64,000 nt of DNA from Chlorokybus atmophyticus (lineage: Eukaryota > Plantae > Mesostigma and Chlorokybus algae): NCBI GenBank assembly GCA_009103225.1, contig RHPI01002836.1, positions 186,001-250,000 of the forward strand. The letters are read 5' to 3'. Under the pieces are notes generated by a model. It was not told where the DNA came from and ran no database searches. It saw only the letters and a list, made by a program, of their open reading frames with translations. The position numbers and the translations under genes are program-made. This document shows positions 1 through 12,908 of this stretch, one piece after another (positions within the stretch are counted from its first letter, which is position 1; each line of letters starts with the position of its first letter).

Positions 1-131
1 TGTTGCTGCAGTATGCTTGTTTGTGTACGCAGACACACACGCATGTGCAACGAAGAGTGAGCTTTGCCATTGCTGCTGGCGCTGCGCTGTTGGCCAGCTG
101 CAAACAGCAACAGCAGTAGTAGCGCACTGCT

Positions 132-404
132 ATGCCATTGCTGCTGGTACCAGTGTTGCTGGCTTTGCCTATGTTGTTGTCGCTGCTGCTGCTCTGCACT
201 CATCGTCCTGTAGCTGGAGCTGTCAGTATTCCCCTTGTGGGTGGTGCTGCAACAACCGTGTCGGCAACGACCGACGACGAAAAAATCAGCGACAAAAGCA
301 ACAACAACACCAACAGTACCAACAGTAACAACGTGCAGAGCACCATAGCAAAAGGACAATGGGGCGCATGCAGCTTCTACACGCAAGTGCATTGCGTAGT
401 GTAG
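132..404 (+). other. Small ORF with a hydrophobic N-terminus; possible exon of a small membrane or secreted protein
   Basis: Leu-rich N-terminal stretch followed by an Asn/Thr-rich tail. An inverted paralogous segment lies at ~11780-12120 (shared GCAGAGCACCATAGCA..AGGACAA). No family recognised. Confidence 0.25.
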
Positions 405-1872
405 TCCGCAAACTGCAGCACACGGACTTGTTGCATTCCAATATAGCGACACCACTAGAGCGACACTACATTCACACAATCAGTGTAGCTTTGTGGACAC
501 ATGCATGTGTGGCACAGATGGAGGTTAATGCCCTAATCCTAGAACAGTGTTCCATTTTAGATCGAATATATGTATATGTATCGAATATATGTATGCGCTC
601 GTGTGTGCACCCGTGAGTAGCCATGCATGCGTGCATACTTGTGTCTATACATGTTCGTGCATGCATTTTGGTGTGGTCTTCGGTCATGAAACCAGCGCCG
701 ATTGCGGTTTGCCAGGCTTGCGCAACAACGGGGGCAACACTTAAAAGCCGGTATAACTGCCATCTTATATTGTTAGCAAAAGGCTTTTTTACAGATAACT
801 CGAGCACCATAGAGTATATCTGGGGCACGGCACGGTGAGCAACAATAAAACACCCTTCAAGCATGCACTATAATTCTCATTTCAGAATGTTGTCCAATGC
901 CTATTACAGTATGTGAGTTATGCACCATACACGGCGGGCAACAAAAATACATTTACTACACATGCAGTATATTTCTCATCCTATCATGATAGCAAATAGC
1001 ATATCAAATAAAGCATCTTATAAAAACTAGCTTGAAGTTATATAGCTTGAAGTTATACAAAGTACATGTACACCATATTGTACTAGCACATAAGAGCATA
1101 ACTTATAATACAACATGCACATATTGACTCAAGCAATAACACTGTGCTCAACAGCGCTACTCTCGTGTATTCCCTTGTATTTGCGCAATTGGCATGCACC
1201 ATTTTCAATTGATAATATACATGTATATTTGATGCAATATCGCTAACTCAAAGAATAAAATGTTAACACGATTTAAGTTTTAAATATGCAACCTCAATGT
1301 GCACATAATGCATGTAATTAAAATGCATATCTTTGACAATTCTTATAGCGTTTAAATAAGTACAATGTTAAAAAAGAAGTCTAAGATAAGCCGTAGTGTT
1401 GTGAAGCAGAGTTAGTAGCGTACCATTTCAATAAAGTTGAATTAACCCAATTATCAATGAGTTTTTGAGCAACTTGTTGTGGTAGTGATAAGCATATACA
1501 ATACCAACTTATGTGAAAAAGCCTTCAAATATGTGCATGTGAAGTTTTCTGCTCTTTGTCACAACTTCATATTTCAGTTAACATGCCCCAATACTATTCG
1601 CATGCTGATGTAGTCTGCAAAGCCATTGTGAGCAACATTGGCATGCCGCACAGCTCAGTGATCACAGGCATGGCAAAATATAACTGCATCGCAAAGCCTT
1701 TGCGATGCACACACGTATACCATGGCAAATTGCCATTGGCGTGCATGGCGCGCATAGTCTCAAGCCGAACGTTTCCACCTGCTTGAGTTGACGTACGTAA
1801 GTTAGGAATCCGTAATTGCACGTCGTTTGTCGCATCTCAAACCGGTACAAAAGTTGTTGTGACTTCCTCCGC

Positions 1873-2325
1873 ATGGCCTCCCACATTGCCGTCGTCGCCA
1901 GCGCCGTCGCCAGAGGCAGTGGTATAGTCGGCGGCGAGCGTGCTGGGAGGCTGAGAGTGAGCGGAGTGAGAAGGGCAGCAGCGAGGTCAGCGAGGATGTC
2001 TCTGGAGGGTGCTGTGGGGACGTTGCTGACGCTGAAGGCGTCGCCTGGCAAGGGCGCTGAGCTTGTGAGGGTGACTAAGGAGGCGGCGGCGGAGCTGATT
2101 GAGGCGGACAACGGGGAGCTCCACTTCCAGATGCTCGTGGACGTGGAGGACCCGGACACGGTCATCCTGACGGAGATCTTCGCCTCGGAGGAGGCCAGAC
2201 AGGCGCACTTCAATCAGCCCAACTTCAAGGCGCTCATGGCACGCCTGCAGCCGCTCATGGCAGCACCGCCACACCGTGTGCGTGTCACTCCAGCCTACCT
2301 CAAACCCTTCCCCAACAAGGCGTGA
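1873..2325 (+). CDS. Antibiotic biosynthesis monooxygenase (ABM/YgiN-like, dimeric alpha-beta barrel) domain protein with a putative organellar transit peptide
   Basis: Intronless GC-rich ORF from ATG 1873. The sequence LKASPGKGAEL...FQMLVDVEDPDTVILTEIFASEEARQAHFNQPNFKAL matches the ABM pattern. The first ~45 aa are Ser/Ala/Arg-rich with one acidic residue. Confidence 0.8.
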   Translation: MASHIAVVASAVARGSGIVGGERAGRLRVSGVRRAAARSARMSLEGAVGTLLTLKASPGKGAELVRVTKEAAAELIEADNGELHFQMLVDVEDPDTVILTEIFASEEARQAHFNQPNFKALMARLQPLMAAPPHRVRVTPAYLKPFPNKA

Positions 2326-4069
2326 ACAACTCCGCCTGGTGCTCCTATTCCTCAAGGCTGGGAAGGTGTGGTTGTCTTCCTGCCTGCTCCTGCCTGACGT
2401 AGGAGGCTGCTCGTGCCTTGGATCGGTCACAACATCAGCGAGAGTAGAGAGAGAAAAGCACAAGCGCACACTCTGCCCTGTGCATGTTGGTGCGTGTGGT
2501 AAGAACCAAGTCCGTTGGTTGGTTGGTTGGTAGATGATTGACAGGGTATATATACGTAAGGATTTTGCTGTTTGGGAATTCTGCTTTTCAAGGATGGACC
2601 TAGCCAGGTAGTTTTTTGTCTTCATGACAAGCAATGCAATGCCTGGCAGCTTTTCCTACTTTGCTTGCACTATGCCATGATGTTGATTGCGCTTACATGT
2701 CACTAGTTGGTTTTGTTGGCATTGCTAGCGATGCAATGCCTGGCAGGTTGCAGCTTATCCTACTTTACTTTGCATTGCCATGATGTTGATTGCGCATATA
2801 TTTGTCACTTGGTTTGGTCTGCAAGCGTGGCAAGAATACGTGCGTGCGTGTTTGGTTGAATTATGTGATCAGATGTTGCTTCAATCATCCCATCAGCCCA
2901 GCAGAGGTAGGTCTCCTTGGACTTACAGTGCAATGTGGTGCTCCCTTCTTGGTGGTCTGTCCCGTGTTGTGATGGTTGGTGGAGCACATGTTGCACATGT
3001 TGGGCTGGGACATGCACTGGCAGACCCTAGCAAATACTTCATACAAGGTGGCAGATACACTTCGGCAAATGTAACAGCAAGCATACGTACGGAGAAGAAC
3101 TGAAGAGACATACAGCTGCAGTATTGTCGTGCAGTTTGCATGACATGGCAGCAGACTGGCAACAGCAAGGCTCCTTAAGTATACGGACCTGAAAAGTGCT
3201 GTGAAGCCGCACCAAGACCTTTGCAGCTGCAGACAACGAGTGATGGACCCACGCATTAATGAACGGCGGGTGCTAAGTAGTTGCCTTGTCACCATGTGCG
3301 CAATCGTGCGCGTGTGTGCGCACGCGTACATTTGCACACGCGCACGCCTGCGCACACATGTACACAATGTTCAGCAATAACAACGACAACAACTGCAACA
3401 GCAATGACGATTGCAATGCACAGTTGGGTTGTGTATCAATCTCATCAGCACATCGAACGTGCCGGCAAGGGGCCACTGTCAGCACGGGCTCTCTCTCTCC
3501 TTGGTTCGTGGTTATGCTGGAGCACGCAACAACAAGCATAGTGCAAATACGCATGAGCGAGGGCGCACATGCACGTGACATGTGAGGGACATTGCGAGCT
3601 GATGCCATGTGCTGAGTGCCATTGCAATGTCAGCCACACCTACCCAGGGAAGGGCACATGCACTGGCACACACACAGCTCCATGCTTAATTATGTACACT
3701 AACTCACAAACACAGAGTAGCATAGCGCTGTCAGGGTAACTAAAGCAGTCATACGTACGCATTTCACAGGTTTGAGAAGAAAGACACTCACTGACTTTTT
3801 CCAACCCTCAAGCACAGAGCAGCAAGCGCCCCTTACACCCGACCTGTTCGACTCGACCTGTTCTCGCTGTGGTTGTTACCACGGTGGTAGTGTTAAACTA
3901 GTGTTAGACCAATGTTAAACTTGTCGTTGTTTGTGAGGAGAGTAGACACAGGCTGAGGCTGTGTCTATTCGTGTTCCTGTGAATAGATAGCAACAAAGAT
4001 CAACGCTTGACACAGTGCCTTGTCAAACAAGGCCACTGTGTGTGTTTTCAAGTGGGCGGCGGCGGTGCG

Positions 4070-6707
4070 ATGGCCCGCAGCGGCAAGGAGGACGATAAGG
4101 CGGAGGAGGAGGAGGAGGAGGAGGAGGAGGCGCTGATAGGCCACTGGAAGGAGGGAGAGCGTGGAGAAGGGGAGGAGGAGGAGGAGGAGGAGGAGAAGGA
4201 GAAGGAGAAGGAGGAGGAGGAGGCGGGGGAGGCGGGGGACAATGCACAGCAGGTGGTAGATTGTGCATGCTGTGTGCAAACGGCTGATTGATGCGCAAGT
4301 CTGTGCTTCCGTTACACCTTGGATTTGCGTATGCACATGTGTTTGTGGCGATGGGCGAGTTTCTGCTCGAGTACAGGTTGATTTATGGTTCTGTTTTACA
4401 CACGCAAATGTGCAGATGTGCGACACTCTGTGGTTGTTGTTGTAGTTGTTGTTGTTGTTGTTGCACGTGTGCGTGTATGCGAACCATTCGTGCGTTTGTT
4501 TCATTTTGGCACACGCATCCATGTAAGTACTACAGCAATCAGCGAGCTCAGCATGATTTGCATTGCAAGCAGCAGCACGGCAACCACTCAACAATATATA
4601 CAAACAACCAACAAAAAGCTCGTATTATTACAGTACTCTATGTCATCGCATGTACATTGCTGGCAAGTGCGTGGCCTCAATGGCCTCTATGGAGTAGCAA
4701 TGCAAACAAAGCCTTTGTGTCCATGGTCGCACGCATTCATGCACGCGCACGCGCGCACACACATATTATATGTCGGCTGCAGGAGAAGGAGGCGCGAAGG
4801 GCTGTGCGTCTGTTAAGCGCAGCCTTCTTTCTTATATTCACCGCGTTCGGTGCAACTCAAAACCTGGAAACCTCACTCCTGCCAGTAAGCAGTAATTTTT
4901 GATTACATTGTAGTGGCTGTCATCGTCACTTGCCTTTGTTATACACAACATCAGCTAAAACTTTCCTTCCCCTCCACAAAAACACACTCACATACACGCG
5001 AGGGCACGCACAAATGCATGCTCACGCACGCGCGAGTGCAAAGACAAACATACCTGTACAAGAATCGTGTCTGTTTGTCACACGCACGCACGCTTGCACG
5101 CATGCGCATACACAAACATGTGCGCGTGCACACACACTGTTGCGCTATTTTGTCATTGGGTGCATATGTTGTACAGCATGCACAACTCATGCACCTACTA
5201 GTTCACCTTCGATGTTCACACAACACTTGGCTGTTATATAGGAGGGTGGAGTAGGTGCAGCAGCCTTGGGCGCATTATACCTATCTCTCACCTTATCCTC
5301 ATGTTTCGCGGCATCGATCATGAAGTTGTTAAACGGCGGGCCCGTTCGCGCATTGCGTGTCGGTTGCCTCGCTTACGCGCTGTTCATCCTTGCCAACGTA
5401 GTCATCGCCTTCACGTCATCCCACAACAACAACGTGGTGTTGTTTGCGGCCGCGGTCGTGTTGGGTTGCGGCGCGGCGTTGTTGTGGGTCGGGCAAGGGA
5501 CGTATTTGGCGCAAGCAGCTGCGTTGGCGAGTAGTGTGAAGAGCGTAAAGAGGACACGTGCGGATGTGCTCGCGAGCTTTAATGGCACCTTTTGGGGATG
5601 CTTTCAGTCCACGCAAGTTGTCGGCAACCTGCTCGCCTTCTCACTGCTCTCTGTCGGGACCAAACAAAGTGCAGGTGTGTTGTGTGCTTGTGCGTGCACG
5701 TGCGCGTGCGTGTGTCTGTGCTTGTGGAAATGTTGCCGCACGCATACGCACTTGCGTGCGTGCGTGTGCATATGTATATCTGCATACACGTGTGTGTGCG
5801 CATGTGGGCATGCGTGTGTGCGTGGGATTATTCCACACGCCCATGTATGTGCCCGTGTGCGTGTTTATCTGCACATGCATGTATGCGTAGGTTGCCAGTG
5901 CTGTGTGCCGGGCCGACACAATCATGTTCTCGTGCAGGAGGAGTGTTGGGAGCAGCAAGGGTGCTGTTGGTTGCATTCATGGTGATTGTCGCATGCGGGT
6001 GCGGCGCCATGTGGCTGCTGCCTGCACTGAAGCAAAACAATGAACAAACAGAGACACATCCCAACAAGAGGGGTTTGTCCCCTTTTGCTTCATCTAACAA
6101 GAAGAGGTGTCTCAACTGGCGTGTGTGGTCATGCGCACCCCTGATGGCCTACACAGGCATGCAGCAGGCTTTCATATGGGGAGACTTCTCTTCCACGCGC
6201 GTGTTGCCAACAGTATCAATAACAGGTGTCCCACTCATAATGGCTCTATTCGGCTTCATCGACGCCACGTGCTCGTATCTCCTCGGCCGCACCGACCGCA
6301 TCGCACTCGTGTTGGGTGTGGCCATCCCACTTCAGGCCATAGCAGCCGTGTGGTTGGGTTGTTTCATCACAGCCACAAGTCCACGCATCTGGCAGCTGTG
6401 CGTGGCGGCTGTGATGTTCGGTGTGGGCGATGCTGCCTGCAACACACGCCTCGGGGCTTTGCTACCGATGATATCGAGCAAAGGTGATGTGGATATCGCT
6501 TTCGGGATGTGGCGAGCGCTTCAGAGCGGTGCCACGGCGATATCACTCGTCGCAACAGCGCACGGGGTGGATATAGGAGTCAAGAGTGTGGTGTTGGGTG
6601 TTGGAGCTGCTGTTGCACTCGCGTGTTATGCGCCAGTTGCGGTCCATGCGAAGGAAGACAAGCAACATGAACACAATGGTGCAGGTGATAGACATCAGCT
6701 TGCTTGA
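4070..6707 (+). CDS. UNC93-like MFS membrane protein, 4 exons (4070-4252, 4783-4884, 5242-5674, 5938-6707), ~495 aa, apparently intact
   Basis: GT-AG introns with consistent phases (0,0,1). UNC-93-type motifs: AFFLIFTAFGATQNLETSLL, LGCGAALLWVGQGTYL, FNGTFWGCFQSTQVVGNL, PLMAYTGMQQAFIWGDF, FGVGDAACNT. Additional upstream exons are possible. Confidence 0.8.
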
Positions 6708-7129
6708 CTAGCCGTTATGCACTTGCGAGTTGTGTACTGTATATTGTATTGCCAGTTCAGTGACTTGGCAGGTACTGCTGCTGCAATTACTTGATTGTAC
6801 TTCAGGCACAGCCAGGGTTGTTTCTTACAACTGGTTCAGAGTTGTTATTTATGACATCATGCCTTTGCAACTCCCACGCTGGATCCTCTCAGATCCACAA
6901 GCGTACACGTGTTATCTCACACACAAGTTTGTAAAAATGCTGAGACAACACATCCCCCTACCCCCCTCTCAACAGCCACCCGGCTCCTCCATGTTGTTGT
7001 TGTTGCAACTGATTATGGGTGGTGGGCGGTGTGGACCACAAGGACTTTGTACAATGACACTTACGCACTGCACTTGGGTGAGAGCAGCAGCAGAATGGAG
7101 AGGGGAACGACAGGGAGAGAGAAAAAAAG

Positions 7130-8660
7130 GGGGCGGTGGCTACTTATGTGCTAACCGCGTACGCGCGTGCATGCATGTACGCACACTTTCCCACGCACAC
7201 ACACATCCATCCACCCACCCACATTTCCTCACCACACCGCAGGCACCCTCCGCTGGACGAAGCTGGCAAACGCGTGCCATGTGGGTGGCGTGATGTGCGA
7301 TGTGGGGGGAGGAGGGGACAGTGTTGTTGATACGCAACAAGAGCTGCCCAACTTGTGAAATTTGCAACAAGCGTACCGGCAGCAGCTTGGGGCGGATGGG
7401 CAGAGGCTGATGGCCTTTCGTTGCAGGATAGGGGGGGTGGTGGGTGACACAACAACCACCACAACAACAGCTCCGACGAGGGGCGTGGCAAGAGGAGAGG
7501 GAGAGCTGAGCCCCCAGCCACACAACGCACATGTACACGCCAAAGATTGTGGCGGAGGTTGAGAAGCGCATTGCCATGGCTCTAATGTCACTTAAGCACG
7601 TGCATGCGTGCTTGAGTTCAAGCGCGGGTGAGCATGCGTGCGCGCCTGTGCTTGGAAGTATGTAAAAGACACGAGTGACTACGATGTTAACAGACGACTT
7701 CAGGCGCAAAGGGAGAAAAGGCAGGTGAAGACAATGCGCAGTGAGGTGGCGACATGGATCAAGCAGGCAAGGAAGGGGCTTGCCCGCCACAACACAACAC
7801 CAACAACAGCAAGAACAACAACAACACACACACACACACACACACACACACCGCAACAACGCGATGAGCTTGCGAAGCTGGCCCGGGCAGGATTTCGATC
7901 ACTTTGTGCTGTCGCCGCCGACGTCACCGACATCAACAACAGGCAAGGTGTGCAACAGCATCATCACACGTGCGGGTGCGGGTACTCAACACACATGCCA
8001 ACCCAATGGCCGCCTTGACTCTCAAGGCCACACGGGCCTTTCCCATCACATGGATGTGGTGGGAAAGGGTTATTATGTGCTCGTGGGAGGAGGGATCCCT
8101 ACTCCCACGAGCACACAATAACAGGATAGCACCGCCCAACAACAACATTAACAACCAGGCAGCAGCGCCGTAAGGAGAGAGGGAGAGCGGCCGCACAGCG
8201 CACTACTCGAGGGCAAGATATTGTTATCGTTGTTGTTGTCGTTCCTGGCTGTTGTTGCTCTTATAGTATTAGTGTAGACTGTGAGTTGGCGGCAGGTGAG
8301 GCCACATACAGCGGCGGACATCGTGACAATGCGCTTGCGCGTGCTTGTGCGTGCGTAGGTGTATATGTGCATGACATGCGTGTAGCAGGCGAATGCGTGA
8401 TAGACCGCCTCGACGCCCCAGGGCATGTTTGACACACGTGCACGCACGCAGACAAAAGCGCCCAGTCTACCATAGGTGACCACGCACACTTGCAAGCACA
8501 CAAAGTCACACATACCATTTCACATGCATGTCTGCACACGTGTATGGGCAGCTCCCAAGAACTTTCACAGCCAAAGGNNNNNNNNNNNNNNNNNNNNNNN
8601 NNNNNNNNNNNGGCGGGGGGGGGCGGCAAGGGGGGGAGAGTGCGGACATGTTGTATAAGG
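7130..8660. repeat. Dispersed repeat module X, copy 1
   Basis: Shares anchors GGGGACAGTGTTGTT, CAAGAGCTGCCCAAC, GCAGAGGCTGATGG and GTGCGGACATGTTG with copies at ~16.1-17.6, 23.3-24.2, 28.2-29.5 kb and, inverted, 42.9-44.1 kb. Boundaries are approximate. Confidence 0.7.
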
Positions 8661-9969
8661 TTGAGGGGATTACACAATGTACCACCCTTTACTACCACGC
8701 ATTCACTCCGCAAGCGCCTGCGTTCGGCTAATGCTACACAGATGATGAGACCAATTCGATGAATTGTTCATTAACGTTGATGCCGGGGACTTTCTTCATA
8801 ACAATTATCATGTAATGGCCTTAATCGGGATATCTTGCCATTGATAACGTATGCAAGAGGTTGCGCTTATTGACTATACTATTGGTGATGATATACGCAT
8901 AGCTTACTCAAGGCTATAGCCACCCTGTATGCTTGTTGTATGCACAGTACATGCGTAATTGCACTGCCTTGTGTACTTGTAAATATTATACACGTGCTGC
9001 GCACACATTAAGATACGTACATCCAATTCCTTAATGCAAATGCAACACTTACTATTAAGCCTTTCACTACGATACATGTACATCATAATGTCCAGTGCAG
9101 CAACATACCATATTTACCCGTATAGAAGCCCACTTTTTTTGCATAAGCCCCCAACCCTTTTGTATAAAGGGGGCTTGTAACAGGGGGGGGGNNNNNNNNN
9201 NNNNNNNNCTATTGTCTTGATTAAGGCGTGCGTTTGCGTTGTTGCTGACTTCTGGTGCATGTGGGTGGCTGTTGCTATTATCCAATTACGTATGCGTGCG
9301 CGCGTGTGCATGCGTATGTGTTATGATTAACTTGTACAGAGCTTGTGGGTGGATGGAGGGTGGGGATAGGTGGGCTGCTGCTGTTAATGATTTGTAATAA
9401 CAATGCTTTTGCGTGTTCACCCATCTGTGTGTCATGGGTGTTTTTGCAACACCACACATCACACAAATATACAACAATGGTAGCATTACTTCTAATTGTG
9501 CATTAATGTGGCCAAACACAACATGATTATAAGTACGGCAAGAGACATGACGTCTTCTTTATCACATGTATGCAAGCGCCAGTCTACAAGCACGCAGCGC
9601 CTTAAAGACGCGCACAATAGTGTATGAAGGCAAAGTTGGTTTAAACCTGTTAAAACACACCGACATTAATGTCATCACATAACTTGCTTGTGAAACGCCC
9701 ACACCGGCGCCCATGCTTACGCCCACAACCCCGCCGAATGAGCAGAGCGCCGACGCCCCTGCTGACGCCCAGGCCGGGACGCTGGGGATTACTGATCTAG
9801 GCGAGGCCGGAGAAAGAATCAGCTCTTTGCGATTGCTGATCGTATCTCTTAAATGACCGCCGACACGCATAAGTATCGATTGCGAGGTAAGCCTACCCAG
9901 CTTGCCCACCTGCACCGTGCACTGTAAGTGTAATTGGGCGCTCATCTAGCAAACGGTGTAGCTTGTGGG

Positions 9970-10602
9970 ATGCCGCATACCACGACTGCCGGTGCTGCTG
10001 TACTGGGCTTTGTGGCTGGAGCGGCCTTGGGGTTGACTCTGGCAAGTTACCTCATTGCTCGAGAACGACGTGAACAGAGGGAACACGACCTGAGTCTGGC
10101 TACTGATAGCGCGTCAGATGATAGGCTCGTGGAGGTGCTCGTTCCGAAGGGAGAAACACTGCGTGAGTTCAAATAGGAGTAGATTGCCGTAGGTAAAGGT
10201 GAGTTTCCTGTGGTCAGCTTCACCAAAGACAATCTCAGAATGATAACCTAGTGGTTAAAGGACGAGATGCTGGCAAAGGGTGTGCGGAAAGCATGGATTG
10301 CCGAGTGTGTTAACGCTGTGGCGATGTGCATACCATCCAATGCCCAAGTGCGCGCTCGAAGATTGGTACGGACGGCCATATCGCAAGAACGGCTGCAAGG
10401 TTACGAAAACAGTGGATGCTGTATATACAACCCAGTAGCGCTGGCAATTAAAGGTGGTGTGTTTTGGTTGCAAGTCATGTCCACAAACTTTCATACGCAC
10501 GCACCAAGATATAACTTTGATCACACATACATTGGACTTAACGCAAATGCTTGCAAAGAAGGATATGTGGAGAAAAAGAAGCTATGCATGATCACGTGTT
10601 AG
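9970..10602 (+). pseudogene. Intronless orphan ORF with an N-terminal membrane anchor, broken by three in-frame TAG codons
   Basis: The track ORFs 9934-10176 and 10267-10602 are in the same frame and join through TAG codons (FK*E*IAVG, IT*WLKD). N-terminal GAAVLGFVAGAALGLTLASYLI helix. No family recognised. Confidence 0.45.
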
Positions 10603-11779
10603 CAGTGTTTGCCTTAACGGCGCAAACTCTGTGCACAGGATAAATACAACAAACATGCAATTGCAATGGTGTTGTGCTGATGTTGGATGACCAACCTCGT
10701 TGGCTTTGCCAATGCTGTGTGGGTGGTGTCTCAAGCAACTCTTGTTGAGCTTGGTGTCTACCTATCTATATACTTGCCCCGCTCCGACTAGCCCTATTAG
10801 CAATAGTCCGGCGGCGGGAGAGAGGGAGGNTTTTTACATTTTTTAATTAAAATTATAACATTACTATAGCATATCTTTTTATTAGCTATTTTAGATTACA
10901 TAAGCATGTTAAAGCTGCAAAAGCTGCTTTTTTTTTCTAGTAAGTAAACTTTTAACATATGGAAATTTTAACAAAATTATGTACTTGCAACTATTCTAGG
11001 AATAGACTTAAAAAAAAAATCCCTTAAAAAACTTAAACTCTACTAAAAAAAGTCTTAAAAGAATAAATTCATGAAAAGTCAGCCGCCAACAACAGAAAAA
11101 ACCATTCAATTATGAAGAAAACGAGAAAACGGGTCTTCACATATTAAATTGCTTCAGTGGTTGTGACTGCGATTGCGTGCATGTGTGTGGGGCATTATTG
11201 CACTTTTTGGTTGCATGCGTGCACATGCGTAGCGGTGAGGGGCAAGGCACCAATTGAAAAGCTCTTCTGCTCCGCATGCTTCTCCTTCACCTTCACCTTC
11301 GGATTTGTACATCTTCATGGATCAATCAACCGTGCGCCAGCTGCGAGAAGAAGCTTTACCAGTAGCTTCGAGCTGTTTATGCTGCATGCATCAGCGCCCA
11401 ACCTATGACACCACAACCACCAACAACAGGTGGACCCCTGCTTGACAATGCGCGAACGCTGCAAGCTGAGTCCGCGAACGTGCTGCGAGGCCCTACATAA
11501 CGTGCAGGTCACGCTTGGCTGACGGATGCAAGATTAATCAGCTGAAGAGTGATCTTGACCGTCGGTTCCAATCGCGCGCATTCACGTGCGCGAAACTGCA
11601 TGCGTATATACGTGCGTGTCTGTGCAAGTGAATGTGTGCTAGTGTGAGCATGGAGCTAGGCAATGTTTGCTAGTGTGAGCATGGAGCTAGTTAATGCAAC
11701 ATGCAATGCAGGGAGCTCAGGGGACGCTGCATTGTGTACGTCTTGATGTTAATGTTTAAACAGAGACTTGCAACAAGTC

Positions 11780-12120
11780 CATGTGCTCAGCTCATCGACT
11801 GTGCTGCCATGCACTTGATTGTGGAAGTTGCATGCACCCTTTGTCCTTGTGCTATGGTGCTCTGCAGGTTGTTGACCTTGTTGGCGTAGTTGTCTCTGTT
11901 GTCACTTGTGTGTCTGATGTTCGTGTGGTCGTTGCCGACATGTCGCACCACCACCACCACCACCACCACCAAGAACACCGAGAGCTCTAGCACTCCAAAC
12001 CACAAGCAGCTCGAGCAGGAGCAGCAGCAACAAAAGCAAAGCCAGCAACATAGCAGTAACGGCAGCAAAGCATACCGTACGCTGCTGCTGCTGGCAGCTG
12101 CTCAACCGGGTTCTGAGTAC
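11780..12120 (-). repeat. Inverted diverged paralog of the ~100-420 hydrophobic ORF segment
   Basis: The reverse complement reads CAACCTGCAGAGCACCATAGCACAAGGACAAAGGG, against AACGTGCAGAGCACCATAGCAAAAGGACAATGGGG at ~330-365. Confidence 0.6.
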
Positions 12121-12908
12121 CAGCAGCAGTGGGCTCAACCCCTCTGTGCGTTCGGCGTGCGTGTGTCTGCGCGCACAAGCAAGCACATGTTTACGCTGAA
12201 ACGATCACACAAGCAAGCATTCAAAAGCACACGCACAATCTGTACTACTCTGTATACACACATTCACAGCGCGTACTGCTGCAGCTCTACCTTAAGCACC
12301 CACCACCCTCCTTTCAACTGAAGTCCTGTACTGCTCGGTGCTCGCCTTCAGCCAGCTACAGCGTCACCTTGCACGTCAGCAACGAGTAGCAGTGACAGGG
12401 CAGCTCTGTGACTGCATGCACACCACGTCGGCATGCCCAACACCGCCGCTTACCCCTCTTTTACTACCTCCCTCTTGATCTCAACGTCAAGTTTGTACGC
12501 ATGGCCAGCGACAGAGAGCACCGTAATTGTGGTGTGTACCGGCGGCGGCGAAGGCGGCGAAGGCGTAGTTCGGACGGCAAAAAGCTGGCGGTAGACGCAA
12601 AGACAGGCCAAGCAGCAGGAAAGGCGCAGGCAAGCAAGCTGTCTAGTCATTGTGCATGGCTTGTCTTTATGCTAGAGTAGTTGCGGAACATTCAATAAGC
12701 TCCAGCATGAGCTGCGCAGTCCGTATGGATGCTTATGTGAGTGCCGTGGGAGTGGTAGATCGCACAGACTGTTGATATTGTAGTGCTTCAGTTGCCAACG
12801 CAACCGTCTGGCTTGACGTCAAGTTGCACGCTGCCGCTCCACGTGCTGTTGTTGAGCATCTGCAAGTCTTAGTGAGGAGCCGCTAAGGAGTTGTGAGCGT
12901 GCCACACG

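Noticed and set aside
4023-4298. Proline-rich extensin-like ORF on the minus strand
   Set aside because: It is the antisense reading of the GAG-triplet poly-Glu exon of UNC93.
9562-9945. Minus-strand ORF with GVSMG (alpha/beta-hydrolase elbow-like)
   Set aside because: It is a single short motif with no other hydrolase features or paralogue, and chance occurrence is likely.
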